Shown: positions 1 to 10,435, counted from the stretch's first letter. The stretch is 32,000 nucleotides of DNA from Cylindrospermopsis raciborskii Cr2010 (GCF_003367075.2 NZ_CP065936.1:2160001-2192000), one strand, 5' to 3'. The notes: a model not told the origin generated them from the letters alone. Program-made: numbers and translations.

Positions 1-698
1 GTGTGGCGGTTCTTAACTATGATAATCCCCTATTAATGGCTACTGCTAAGCAGGTGTGGTCGGGTGAAGTAATTACTTATGGATTTTCTGGAGGAGATAT
101 TCAAGGGAAGTTAGTGGATTATCAAAAGATAGAGGTAGGGGGAATGACTTTACCCCTACCCCTAGCTGGAGTTCATAATGGGAGTAATTTTTTAGCAGCA
201 CTAGCAGTGGCTAAAGTATTAGGTGTGGATTGGAAACTGTTAGAAGCTGGAATAAACGTGACTATGCCACAAGGGCGATCGCAAAGTTGGAAGTTGCCCA
301 GGGACATTATGATTTTAGATGAAACCTATAATGCTGCACCAGAAGCAATGTTAGCAGCTTTAGAGCTATTGGCACAGACTCCTGGAAGGAGAAAAATTGC
401 TGTTTTGGGTGCTATGAAGGAATTGGGGGAAAGATCTACTAAACTGCATCAACAAGTGGGGGAAACAGTGAAAAAATTGAACCTGGATGGTCTATTAGTT
501 TTAGTTGATAGTCCAGATGCAGAAACAATTGCTACTAGTGCTCAGGGGATACCCTGCGAACGTTGTCATAACCATAGTGATTTGGTTTCCCTGTTAAAAA
601 CCTACGTACAACCAGGCGATCGCTTATTATTTAAAGCTGCTCATTCCGTTGGATTAGAAAAAGTTGTTCAGCAATTCTGCGGGGAGATAAATTCTTAA
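1..698 (+). CDS. murF: MurF (UDP-N-acetylmuramoyl-tripeptide--D-alanyl-D-alanine ligase), C-terminal ~230 aa only. The N-terminus lies upstream of the window.
   Basis: The reading frame is open from the window edge to TAA at 696-698. Mur-ligase central and C-terminal signatures are present (LPLAGVHNGSNFLAALAVA, ILDETYNAAPEAMLAAL, VLGAMKELGERS). The GTG at position 3 used by the ORF track is a window-edge artefact. Confidence 0.85.
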   Translation, partial: VAVLNYDNPLLMATAKQVWSGEVITYGFSGGDIQGKLVDYQKIEVGGMTLPLPLAGVHNGSNFLAALAVAKVLGVDWKLLEAGINVTMPQGRSQSWKLPRDIMILDETYNAAPEAMLAALELLAQTPGRRKIAVLGAMKELGERSTKLHQQVGETVKKLNLDGLLVLVDSPDAETIATSAQGIPCERCHNHSDLVSLLKTYVQPGDRLLFKAAHSVGLEKVVQQFCGEINS

Positions 699-730
699 TA
701 ATGGACAAATTTATGAAAGCAGGTTGAAAA

Positions 731-1851
731 ATGACCATTGGAATTTGGATTTTAGGAGATCAACTCAGTTTTCACCACCCAGCTTTACAAGAGTTGACCA
801 TGGAACGTGACCAGATCTCGATTATTCTCATCGAATCCATGGCCTATGCCCAGAAACGTCCCTACCACCGTCAAAAACTGGTGTTGGTATGGTCAGCAAT
901 GCGCCATTTTGCCCGGGAACTGGGCCAGCAGGGATGGCAAGTTACCTATGAGATAGCTCCCGAGTTCTTCAGTGCCCTGACTAACTGGCAACAAACCCAT
1001 AGTATTACCGAACTATGGATCATGGAACCGGGCGATCGCCCCTTCATCCAATTTATCAATCAGCTCAACCTAACCTGTTCTATCCACTGGTTACCCAATA
1101 ACCTATTCTTATGGAAAGAGTCAGAATTTACCCACTGGGCCCAGGGACGCAAGCGATTACTTTTGGAAGACTTTTACCGGGAGGGACGCAAGCGGTTTAA
1201 TGTATTAATGGAAGAGGGTAAACCCGTTAGTGGGCAGTGGAACTTAGATAAACAGAATCGCAAACCACCAAAGAAGGGTCTCGCATCTCCCCCTGCTCTT
1301 TGGTTCCCTCCTGACCCTACCACCCAAGCGGTAATTACCCATGTGCGTAACCACTTTCCCCATGGTTATGGAGAGGTGGACACTTTTAGATGGGCAGTGA
1401 CCCGATCCCAGGCCCGCAAGGTTTTATCCCACTTTCTGGAAACCCGCTTACCGAATTTTGGTCCTTACCAAGATGCTATGGTGACGGGTGAAGACACTCT
1501 ATGGCATGCCCTCCTATCCCCCTATCTGAACCTGGGTTTACTGCACCCTATGGAAGTAATTCAAGCTGTCCAAGAAGAATACAACAGACACCAGCTAAAT
1601 CTCAATAGTGTGGAGGGGTTCGTCCGGCAAATTTTGGGGTGGCGTGAGTACATGCGCGGAGTATATATCTACCAAAGCCACTTTATTGGGATTTTTTAGC
1701 CCGTCACCGACAAAAACTCCAGTCCCAAGGGCGACTAAATTTAATCCTATCCCAGTTAGATCGAATTCCTCCTGAAGAATTAGCCATGATGCAAAACCAG
1801 TCTGATGCGTACAGATTAAATCATCTTGGTCTTCCTAATGTAGTAATATAG
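731..1851 (+). pseudogene. Photolyase-related protein (COG3046 / FeS-BCP, PhrB/CryB-like family) disrupted by an internal deletion plus frameshift
   Basis: ORF 731-1699 (frame 2) encodes the family N-terminal half up to GWREYMRGVY and then stops. Frame 1 from about 1681 to TAG at 1849-1851 reads LYWDFLARHRQKLQSQGRLNLILSQLDRIPPEELAMMQNQSDAYRLN, which resembles the extreme C-terminus of full-length (~500 aa) members. The FAD/Fe-S core expected between the two pieces is missing. Confidence 0.65.
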
Positions 1852-3371
1852 ACAACTGCCTCATCAATAGGAATACCTAAAATATCATTAACCTGATTAT
1901 CAAAAAAACCACCAACACCACTAACACCTAAATTAAGATGAATTGCTGCCAAATTTAGTCTTTGTCCTAGGTGACCTGCATCAAGATGTAAATAACGGTA
2001 AACCCGGTCTCCATACTTATCCACTGCCTTTTTTAAATCAGCAGTATGAAATATGACAGCTGCTGCATCTCTACCCAATTCCTGTCCTAAACAGAGAAAG
2101 TGTAGCTCACTGCGAAAATTTTTGAAGCGAATTTGCCTTAATTCTTGAGCCTTTGGTGCATAATAATAGCAACCAGGTTCTAATCCGTCGACTCCAGAAA
2201 CAGCGATAAATGTTTCAATTAAATTTAAATCGAAATAATCTGGATGACTATCCAAATTTTGGTCAAGATAATTTTGTGGTTGATAGGTAAAATCTAAGAG
2301 AAGTTTTAGTTCATCGAATTTTAGCTTTTCGCCACTGTAAGATCGGGTAGAACGTCTTTTATACATGGTTTCAGCTAGATCTCCCAAATTTTTACCCCAA
2401 TTAATTGATGGACTGTGTGTGGAAAATTTATCACAAAAGGAAAAATTATATTTATCATCTAAATTGTTACCATTATTTTGATAATTGCTGATGGTAGTTT
2501 TACCTTCTGGGTTCTCAGGTTGGAAATCTGACTTAATCTGAGTATGTAAATGCAAATAATTTAATATTTCTCCGTCGGGAATGGGAGGATAATTCTTGAT
2601 AGTCAAAGATGGAAGAGCGGTTTTCTGTGAAGAAAATTTTTTTGACTCCTTTAATAAATCTACTAGTCCTATGACCACTGTTGCTGCTTCTTGGTGGGAA
2701 TCAACATACAATAAATTATTAACCGCTTCATCTACAAAACCCCCTATTAAATAGGGTCTATAATTCGTCATTGCCCCCGCCAATTCAATGTTACCTAAAA
2801 GATGTCCTGTATCCAAAAAAATACGCCGATAAGCCCTATCCTGGTAACGCCATGCGGAACGATAAAAAACAGCTGTAGTGATTATTGCTAGTTGGCTATT
2901 TTCTAAACTAGGATGGCAAAAACAAGCAGCTTGCAAATTCTCCCAAACATCGCTGTCCCAAAATTGTTTTAGGGAATGTGTCCGACATTGATAGTTATAA
3001 AGTCCTGCGGGTAGTAAGGGTAATCCACGGGAAACGACATATAATTCTGCAGGATACAATCCTCCCGCACTTGGTGCGGAACGTAGGTATACTGTACTAC
3101 CCATAGAAGGGATTTTTGCTGTTAGCCCATAACTACAAAATAACAATTCTGACAGTCTCCACCACCATTGCTGTGAAGAATTGTTGCTAAAATCCTCCAG
3201 TTTCTTGTTCAGATAGTACTTTAATTCAAAGTCGGATCCTATTTTGTACTCTTTGAAGGGGACTGGTTGTTTATTCCAATCTAAATATTGGCTTTTTTGT
3301 CGTAAGCTCTCCGGATCATATTTTGTCTGTTCGTGGTAGTATTCGGCAATAGATGGTTGTATTTGTGTCAT
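1821..3371 (-). CDS. SagB-type dehydrogenase / nitroreductase-superfamily protein with two nitroreductase-like halves (516 aa)
   Basis: The N-terminus YYHEQTKYDPESL and RSAPSAGGLYPAELYV are typical of SagB/ThcOx-type FMN dehydrogenases. The second half repeats the fold (RRSTRSY ... HLDAGHLGQRLNLAA). The gene is noticeably AT-rich. Confidence 0.7.
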   Translation of the reverse strand: MTQIQPSIAEYYHEQTKYDPESLRQKSQYLDWNKQPVPFKEYKIGSDFELKYYLNKKLEDFSNNSSQQWWWRLSELLFCSYGLTAKIPSMGSTVYLRSAPSAGGLYPAELYVVSRGLPLLPAGLYNYQCRTHSLKQFWDSDVWENLQAACFCHPSLENSQLAIITTAVFYRSAWRYQDRAYRRIFLDTGHLLGNIELAGAMTNYRPYLIGGFVDEAVNNLLYVDSHQEAATVVIGLVDLLKESKKFSSQKTALPSLTIKNYPPIPDGEILNYLHLHTQIKSDFQPENPEGKTTISNYQNNGNNLDDKYNFSFCDKFSTHSPSINWGKNLGDLAETMYKRRSTRSYSGEKLKFDELKLLLDFTYQPQNYLDQNLDSHPDYFDLNLIETFIAVSGVDGLEPGCYYYAPKAQELRQIRFKNFRSELHFLCLGQELGRDAAAVIFHTADLKKAVDKYGDRVYRYLHLDAGHLGQRLNLAAIHLNLGVSGVGGFFDNQVNDILGIPIDEAVVYITTLGRPR

Positions 3372-3390
3372 TGTTGTTGGTTATCCCTAG

Positions 3391-4566
<1,176 letters not shown>

Positions 4567-4574
4567 AACTAGGT

Positions 4575-4580
4575 TATAAT
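4575..4580 (+). promoter_or_regulatory. Candidate -10 box (GGTTATAAT context) upstream of tRNA-Arg
   Basis: A perfect TATAAT sits 39 nt upstream of the mature tRNA 5' end. The same 9-mer GGTTATAAT precedes tRNA-Ser at 10402-10410. Confidence 0.3.
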
Positions 4581-4619
4581 TTGTGGGGAGTTTATTGGGG
4601 AGTAATTTTTTACTTCTTT

Positions 4620-4693
4620 GGGGTTGTAGCTCAGTTGGATAGAGCGGTCGCCTCCTAAGCGACAGGTCGTGCGTTCAAGTCGCACCAGTCCCG
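4620..4693 (+). tRNA. tRNA-Arg (anticodon CCU)
   Basis: A manual cloverleaf fold works. The acceptor stem is GGGGTTG/CAGTCCC, with two G-U pairs. The D stem is GCTC/GAGC and the anticodon stem is GTCGC/GCGAC. The anticodon loop is CTCCTAA. The T arm is GTGCG-TTCAAGT-CGCAC and the discriminator is G. Length is 74 nt and CCA is not encoded. Confidence 0.9.
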
Positions 4694-4703
4694 TTTACCT
4701 TAT

Positions 4704-4728
4704 ATTCCCCCAAATTCCCCATTTCCCC
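4704..4728. repeat. Degenerate C-rich short tandem repeat (ATTCCCCC / AAATTCCCC / ATTTCCCC), STRR-like
   Basis: Three adjacent A/T(2-5)+C(4-5) units lie in the 40-bp spacer between tRNA-Arg and the folE stop. They are reminiscent of the CCCCA(A/G)T class of Nostocales short repeats but are not identical to it. Confidence 0.35.
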
Positions 4729-4733
4729 TCAAC

Positions 4734-5441
4734 CTAAAAGAATGCTGCTTGGTGACGAATCAAGTTCAAAAATTCTTCCCGGGTTTTTTGCTCTTCTTGG
4801 AATACTCCAATCATAGAGCTGGTAACGGTCCAGGAACCGGGTTTTTGCACCCCGCGCATTACCATACACATGTGGGTGGCTTCCATCACCACGGCCACAC
4901 CCTTGGGTTCAAGAATAGTTTGAACCGCTTCTGCAATTTGTCGGGTTAATCTTTCTTGCACTTGTAAACGACGAGCATACATCTCTACAATCCTAGCTAG
5001 TTTACTTAACCCAACTACTTTTTGATTGGGAATGTAAGCAACGTGTGCCCTACCCATAAATGGTAGCATGTGATGTTCACAAAGACTGAAGAAGTTGATA
5101 TCTCGCACTAACACCATCTCTTCGTGTCCCTCGTTAAAAATCGCACCATTGACCAGTTCCTCTAAGGACTGATTATAACCACTGGTGAGAAATTTCATCG
5201 CCTCTGCTACACGCTTGGGTGTTTTTAGAAGTCCTTCTCGCTCCGGATCTTCTCCTACACCTATGAGCATGGTTCGCACAGCTGCTTTCATCTGCTCTAT
5301 GCTTTCTTCCGAAGGTTCGTGCAGATCTGGCTGCTTACCATTATGAGTGTTCCGGTCAGGTCTAGTACTGATAGCTTGTGATAAATCAGGAATCAGCGGA
5401 GATTGTAAGCGACTGGAACCGTTAGAACTAGCAATCGTCAT
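4734..5441 (-). CDS. folE: GTP cyclohydrolase I
   Basis: The motifs [22 protein letters not shown] and [15 protein letters not shown] are canonical FolE active-site regions. The protein is 235 aa. Confidence 0.9.
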   Translation of the reverse strand: MTIASSNGSSRLQSPLIPDLSQAISTRPDRNTHNGKQPDLHEPSEESIEQMKAAVRTMLIGVGEDPEREGLLKTPKRVAEAMKFLTSGYNQSLEELVNGAIFNEGHEEMVLVRDINFFSLCEHHMLPFMGRAHVAYIPNQKVVGLSKLARIVEMYARRLQVQERLTRQIAEAVQTILEPKGVAVVMEATHMCMVMRGVQKPGSWTVTSSMIGVFQEEQKTREEFLNLIRHQAAFF

Positions 5442-5480
5442 GGTATTAGTCTTGATAATTGGTCATTGTTTATTGTCGAG

Positions 5481-6206
5481 TCAAAGCACGCCGGCGTTAG
5501 ACATCAGAGTTAATTCTTCAATTACTGCTTCCTGGTGTAATAAAGCACTATGTAGAATTGTCTGTGCTACTGTCTGTGCAGTTAACATCTTACTTCGGTC
5601 AAAGTTGGCATTTACTGTTTCTGTATCCCAAATTTCGGTGTTGACCGCCCCAGGACAAATTGCGCTCACTCGAATACCGTGAACTCTCTCCTCCTGGGCT
5701 AAAGTCTGAGATAGGGCCAGTAAACCAGCTTTGCTCACACAGTAAACCCCCCATCCAGCAAAGGCCTGTTTAGCTGCTATAGAGGCTATGTTAATAATTG
5801 TCCCTTTTCCTCTTTGTCTCATTCTGGGCAAAATTCCCATCGTACACTGAAATACACTGGTGAGATTTAAGTCTATTACTCTCCTCCAATCTTCTAGGGA
5901 AGTGTCACTTAAATTGCCAGTGTATCCCATACCAGCATTGTTGACCAAAATATCTATGTCTCCAAATTCATCAGCGATCGCCTGAATTTTGGCTTTTACC
6001 TGGGAAACACAACTTAAATCAACCGCGAAAGCTTTTGCTTCCACTCCTGCTGCTTTTGCTGCTGCTACTACCCCCTGTAATTTTTCTTGGGAACGACTCA
6101 CTAATGCAACATCTATCCCCTCTTTAGCAAAGGCTATAGCTGTTTCTTTGCCAATTCCAGCACTTGCACCAGTAATCAAAGCCCGTTTTTTCTTCTCAAA
6201 ACTCAT
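5481..6206 (-). CDS. Short-chain dehydrogenase/reductase (SDR) family oxidoreductase
   Basis: The N-terminal TGASAGIG Rossmann motif, NNAG, and the catalytic YCVSK (YxxxK) are present. The protein is 241 aa. Substrate is unknown. Confidence 0.85.
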   Translation of the reverse strand: MSFEKKKRALITGASAGIGKETAIAFAKEGIDVALVSRSQEKLQGVVAAAKAAGVEAKAFAVDLSCVSQVKAKIQAIADEFGDIDILVNNAGMGYTGNLSDTSLEDWRRVIDLNLTSVFQCTMGILPRMRQRGKGTIINIASIAAKQAFAGWGVYCVSKAGLLALSQTLAQEERVHGIRVSAICPGAVNTEIWDTETVNANFDRSKMLTAQTVAQTILHSALLHQEAVIEELTLMSNAGVL

Positions 6207-6539
6207 TCTATCTCCAATTTTTGCCGGTGCTAGGGGCTACCCCCTACCCCTAATTAGTTCCGTACAAGATTGTGTGTGTCAATCACTGTTGGACAGGGTC
6301 AACACAGGGTTACTCTTTGCGCGCTTTGTCAGAGATGGGTTAGCATTTGGAAAATTGACTTCTCCCTGTCTCTAAAGAGACGGGGATTCATTAGAACCGT
6401 TTTTGTTCGCGTACTCTAATTGACGCAGTCAAACTCCATCTGGATCAACTCCAAATATTGTCCATACCTTCTTTTATGTTACCATAGTGTTAGATATAGT
6501 TGGTTGTTATTTTTGGGAGAAAATTTATTGCATGGGTTA

Positions 6540-7520
6540 CTAGTGACCCACCTCATGAAACACACCTATTTTTCTAAACTTGTCATAACGGAGCTGACGA
6601 CGTTCCGATGGTGTTAGTCTGTTTAACTCGTCTAGGCTATTTAACAGGGCTTGTTTAAGATTATTCGCCGCCATTAGGGGGTCTGCATGAGCTCCACCTA
6701 GAGGTTCTGGCAAAATCTGATCGATAATACCTAAATTTTTCAGATCTTGAGAAATGATTTTCAGTGCTACCGCAGCTTGTGGAGCTTTGCTGGCATCTTT
6801 CCACAAAATTGCTGCACATGCTTCTGGAGTAGCAACGGTGTACACTGAATGTTCAAACATTAACAGTCTGTCTCCCACTCCAATACCCAAAGCACCACCG
6901 GACCCACCTTCACCAATTACTGTACAAATAATTGGTACATCAAAACAGAACATTTGCCTCAAATTATAGGCGATCGCCTCTCCTTGTCCTTGGTGTTCTG
7001 CTTCTATACCTGCCCAAGCACCGGGAGTGTCAATGAAAGTGATAATAGGCATAGAAAACTTATTGGCATGTTCCATGAGTCGTAGGGCCTTGCGATATCC
7101 TCCTGGAGCTGCCATACCAAAGTTACGGGCCACGTTATCCTTAGTATCCCGACCTTTTTGATGACCTAACATCACTACTGGCTGTCCGTCTAAACGCGCC
7201 ACACCACCTACTAAAGCTGGATCGTCTCCTCCACAGCGATCGCCGTGTAATTCCATCCACTCATCACTGATAGACTGAATATAGTCCAGGGTGCTTGGTC
7301 TTCGGGGGTGTCGAGCCACCTGAAGTTTTTGAGCGGGTGTTAAACTGCTAAATATTTCTTCTCGCAGTTGCATTGCCCTAGTTTCCAGTTGGCGGATTTG
7401 CCCGGATACGTCCACACCATTTTCATCTGCCAATTCGCGAATTTGGTCAATCCGTTTGGCTAGTTCTGCCAAAGGCTTTTCAAAATCCAACAGTAGGGGT
7501 TTGCGTTCAGTGTTTGCCAT
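6540..7520 (-). CDS. accA: Acetyl-CoA carboxylase carboxyltransferase alpha subunit
   Basis: [22 protein letters not shown] and [23 protein letters not shown] are characteristic AccA sequences. The protein is 326 aa. Confidence 0.92.
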   Translation of the reverse strand: MANTERKPLLLDFEKPLAELAKRIDQIRELADENGVDVSGQIRQLETRAMQLREEIFSSLTPAQKLQVARHPRRPSTLDYIQSISDEWMELHGDRCGGDDPALVGGVARLDGQPVVMLGHQKGRDTKDNVARNFGMAAPGGYRKALRLMEHANKFSMPIITFIDTPGAWAGIEAEHQGQGEAIAYNLRQMFCFDVPIICTVIGEGGSGGALGIGVGDRLLMFEHSVYTVATPEACAAILWKDASKAPQAAVALKIISQDLKNLGIIDQILPEPLGGAHADPLMAANNLKQALLNSLDELNRLTPSERRQLRYDKFRKIGVFHEVGH

Positions 7521-7529
7521 GGTCTGTCA

Positions 7530-7557
7530 GTTATCGGTTATCAGTTATTGATTATCG
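7530..7557. repeat. Heptamer short tandem repeat (GTTATCG GTTATCA GTTATTG ATTATCG), STRR-type
   Basis: Four consecutive 7-nt units, with a fifth degenerate unit GGTATTT, fill most of the 54-bp aar-accA spacer. Heptameric STRR arrays are a known hallmark of heterocystous cyanobacteria. Confidence 0.6.
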
Positions 7558-7574
7558 GGTATTTTCCATCATTA

Positions 7575-8594
7575 CTAAACTAACAATGGTCTAAAACCGT
7601 GCTTGAGGGATAGTTGACCCATATGCTCCATTTTGTCTACTGTAATCTGATTCCTTCCCCAGGAAAAGTTAGTGTATAACTTCTCAAATTCCAATAACAT
7701 TGATTCAGCAAAACAGGCAAACAACTGACGTGAAGGGACATCCATATTGACTATTTTCATAATCTTCCACTCAATATCCAAAGAGTGTTCCACAATTCCT
7801 CCATTTAACACATGTACCCCTGGATGTTGAATTTTTGTCCCCAGATTTTTCGGGTAACCTCCGTCAATTAGTAAGCATGGTTGTTTGAGAACTTTTGGGT
7901 CAATTTCCACCCCCTTGGGCATACTTGCTACCCAAACCACGATATCCGCTTGAGGTAGAGCTTGTTGTAGATCCATGATTTTCCCTCGTCCCAGTTCCGC
8001 TTGTAGTTTCTCCAAACGTTCCTGGTTGCGGGCGATCAACAACAGTTCTTGCACATCCGTTTTTTTATCTAACCAGCGCGTAACTGCACTCCCAATATCA
8101 CCCGTTGCTCCACACACTGCTACAGTTGCCTTGCTCAATTCTATACCTAGCTGTTTAGCTGCCACCTCTACCTGTTGGCAAATAATGTAAGCTGTGTGGG
8201 TATTACCCGTCGTAAACCTTTCAAACTCTAATGTCAGGTTACGAACTTGTTTAAACTGTTCTAAATTAAAATTCTCAAAAATTATAGAAGAAAATCCGCC
8301 TAAAGCTGTAATGTTAATATTATGCTTTTGAGCATGAGCCATAGCATTTAATATTTTTCGGGTTGCTGCTTTAATACGTCTATTGGCTAGCATTTCTGGT
8401 AAAAAGCAGGATTCCACATATTTTCCTTCGATTTTTTGACCCGTGACGCTGGTCACTATGATACTGTCCACAATTTGTGGAGGGGCGCTACACCAGAAAT
8501 CCAGCCCTTGATCGGCATATTCCGGGTATCCCAAATCCTGAGCCACGGACTGGGCGTGTTCTAAACTTGTCAGATGTCCAATTAGACCAAACAT
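7575..8594 (-). CDS. aar: Acyl-ACP reductase, aldehyde-forming (alkane biosynthesis)
   Basis: The N-terminus [38 protein letters not shown] is the typical AAR start. A Rossmann-type [10 protein letters not shown] is present. The gene lies immediately downstream of ado. Confidence 0.9.
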   Translation of the reverse strand: MFGLIGHLTSLEHAQSVAQDLGYPEYADQGLDFWCSAPPQIVDSIIVTSVTGQKIEGKYVESCFLPEMLANRRIKAATRKILNAMAHAQKHNINITALGGFSSIIFENFNLEQFKQVRNLTLEFERFTTGNTHTAYIICQQVEVAAKQLGIELSKATVAVCGATGDIGSAVTRWLDKKTDVQELLLIARNQERLEKLQAELGRGKIMDLQQALPQADIVVWVASMPKGVEIDPKVLKQPCLLIDGGYPKNLGTKIQHPGVHVLNGGIVEHSLDIEWKIMKIVNMDVPSRQLFACFAESMLLEFEKLYTNFSWGRNQITVDKMEHMGQLSLKHGFRPLLV

Positions 8595-8708
8595 TAGTGA
8601 TATAAGATTGTGCAGTTAAAAGCTAGAAATCAGAACCAATTTTTCTATAGTAACACCTTACTCTTAATTATTTGAACCCCCGGTTTTACAACCGAGGATT
8701 TGACGTGG

Positions 8709-9407
8709 CTATATGGTTGCCAGTCCATAAGCCGAAAGACGCATAATATCACGGGTGGTAAACCCAATATTACTTAATGCTTCTCCGTATTGAATCATAA
8801 AGTCCTCCACTAGAGCATCTTTCTCCATCCCCAATACTTTGGCATCCTCAGCCACTTGATTGAGCATTTGCCATACTATAGGCAGATTTTCACGGTTCGC
8901 TACCTCTAGCTCCTCTTTTGATGCTTCAAAGTTCTCTTTTAGCCAAACTTCACCAAAATTAAGATGGGTGTATTCTTCTTTCACTACTCCCTCAGTAATT
9001 TTACGTGCAAATGGATCTGCTACCGGAATATATATATTATAGGCAGCGATCGCAAAGCATTCAATAATTAGGGATTGGATCAATAGACAGGTGACAACTT
9101 TACCTTGTTGAGCTGCGATTTGAAAGTTATTATGTAAGGGGGAGAAAAACCGACTGGCAAATTCCATATCCGGGTTAACAGATAGATTCCGCCCACAGGA
9201 CTCAAAACCCTTTTTGTGTCTACTTTCCATCCTAGATAACTGGATCAGTTCCTCCTGATTTGGTGGTAGTAGTTGGCCTAGGGTGAGGTAGTTTTCGTGT
9301 GCTTCTTGCTCACCCTCAATTACTATGGCATTAATTCGGCTATAAGCGTCTTTATATTTCGCGCTCTGAAAATCAGTTTTTTCAATTTGTTCAACTAGCT
9401 GTTGCAT
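8709..9407 (-). CDS. ado: Aldehyde-deformylating oxygenase (alkane biosynthesis)
   Basis: [23 protein letters not shown] and [10 protein letters not shown] are di-iron ferritin-like motifs of ADO. The protein is 232 aa and is adjacent to aar. Confidence 0.9.
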   Translation of the reverse strand: MQQLVEQIEKTDFQSAKYKDAYSRINAIVIEGEQEAHENYLTLGQLLPPNQEELIQLSRMESRHKKGFESCGRNLSVNPDMEFASRFFSPLHNNFQIAAQQGKVVTCLLIQSLIIECFAIAAYNIYIPVADPFARKITEGVVKEEYTHLNFGEVWLKENFEASKEELEVANRENLPIVWQMLNQVAEDAKVLGMEKDALVEDFMIQYGEALSNIGFTTRDIMRLSAYGLATI

Positions 9408-9545
9408 GATATGTTTACTCCATCACTCTATATATATTGAGACTGAAATTTTAAGGACAGAAACAACTCTGTGCCCCCACCCTTACTTCTATGGTAAGAC
9501 TAGGAAAAACCAATGATTTTTGAGTCATAAATGGAGTCATAAACA

Positions 9546-10373
9546 ATGTTGTTGCATCTGATCTGGAATGGTAAGGTCAAACATTTTTGGAGTTTTTTCC
9601 TTTTATTGCTTGGATCACTTATCATTTTACTACCTTTGATCGTTGTTTTTCTCACCTCTTTTTCTTCAGCGGGTGAAAGTCTGGGGTTGACAGGGAAAAG
9701 TTGGACTTGGGCCAATTATCTGGAGTCCTGGGAAAGAGGTCGGTTTCTACTGGCTTTTGCTAATTCTACCCTAGTGGCGATCGCAGTTACAGCTTTTCAG
9801 ATTATTACCTCTGCTTTAGCTGGTTACGCCCTATCTCGGTTACAATTTCGAGGTAAACAGGCCATCTTGCTTCTAATTCTAGCAACTTTGGTTATTCCTT
9901 TTCAGCTCCTGGTTATTCCTATTTTCCTCCTATTGAAGTGGGGAAATATGATTAACACTTACTGGGCAATGATTTTACCCACCGCCGCCAATGGTTTTGG
10001 GATTTTTCTTTTACGCCAATATTTTGCCACTATTCCCTTAGAATTAGAGGAAGCTGCTATTTTAGATGGAGCTAATCCCTTACAAATCCTCTGGTATATC
10101 CTTCTACCTTTATCCCGTCCGGCTTTGGTAACTTTATTTTTATTTACTTTTATTGGTGAGTGGAACGATTTGTTTAAACCTTTAATGTTTACTACCAGAC
10201 CAGAATTAATGACGGTACAACTAGCTTTAGCAGGATTTCAAGAGCAGTTTACAAATAACTGGCCATTAATGATGGCAGCAGTTACCATTGCTACTGTTCC
10301 AGTATTAGTATTATTCTTTGTGGGACAAAAGCAATTGATCCAGGGGATTGGATCTACGGGAATCAAAAGTTAA
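9546..10373 (+). CDS. ABC transporter permease, carbohydrate-uptake (MalG-like) type
   Basis: About six predicted transmembrane segments and the EAA loop EEAAILDGANPLQILWYILLPLSRPAL are present. No partner permease, binding protein or ATPase lies in the window. Confidence 0.8.
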   Translation: MLLHLIWNGKVKHFWSFFLLLLGSLIILLPLIVVFLTSFSSAGESLGLTGKSWTWANYLESWERGRFLLAFANSTLVAIAVTAFQIITSALAGYALSRLQFRGKQAILLLILATLVIPFQLLVIPIFLLLKWGNMINTYWAMILPTAANGFGIFLLRQYFATIPLELEEAAILDGANPLQILWYILLPLSRPALVTLFLFTFIGEWNDLFKPLMFTTRPELMTVQLALAGFQEQFTNNWPLMMAAVTIATVPVLVLFFVGQKQLIQGIGSTGIKS

Positions 10374-10404
10374 ACCAACCATTGCCAAAAATTAAATTAT
10401 TGGT

Positions 10405-10410
10405 TATAAT
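10405..10410 (+). promoter_or_regulatory. Candidate -10 box (GGTTATAAT context) upstream of tRNA-Ser
   Basis: A perfect TATAAT sits 25 nt upstream of the tRNA 5' end. It shares the 9-mer seen upstream of tRNA-Arg. Confidence 0.3.
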
Positions 10411-10435
10411 GTCTTGTGTTATATGTTAATAATCT

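Noticed and set aside
4749-6375. Track ORFs 4749-4949, 5347-5682 and 5989-6375 (plus strand)
   Set aside because: All are antisense shadows of folE and the SDR gene, which have strong family motifs. Their translations are compositionally odd and have no recognisable motifs.
6420-6617. 65-aa TTG-initiated ORF
   Set aside because: It overlaps the accA 3' end on the opposite strand, uses a non-ATG start with no Shine-Dalgarno sequence, and has no motif.
6754-9042. Track ORFs 6754-6969, 7975-8190 and 8860-9042 (plus strand)
   Set aside because: They are antisense shadows inside accA, aar and ado respectively.
9500-9715. 71-aa minus-strand ORF
   Set aside because: It overlaps the permease 5' end and the ado upstream region, and has no motif or ribosome-binding site. 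It is likely spurious.
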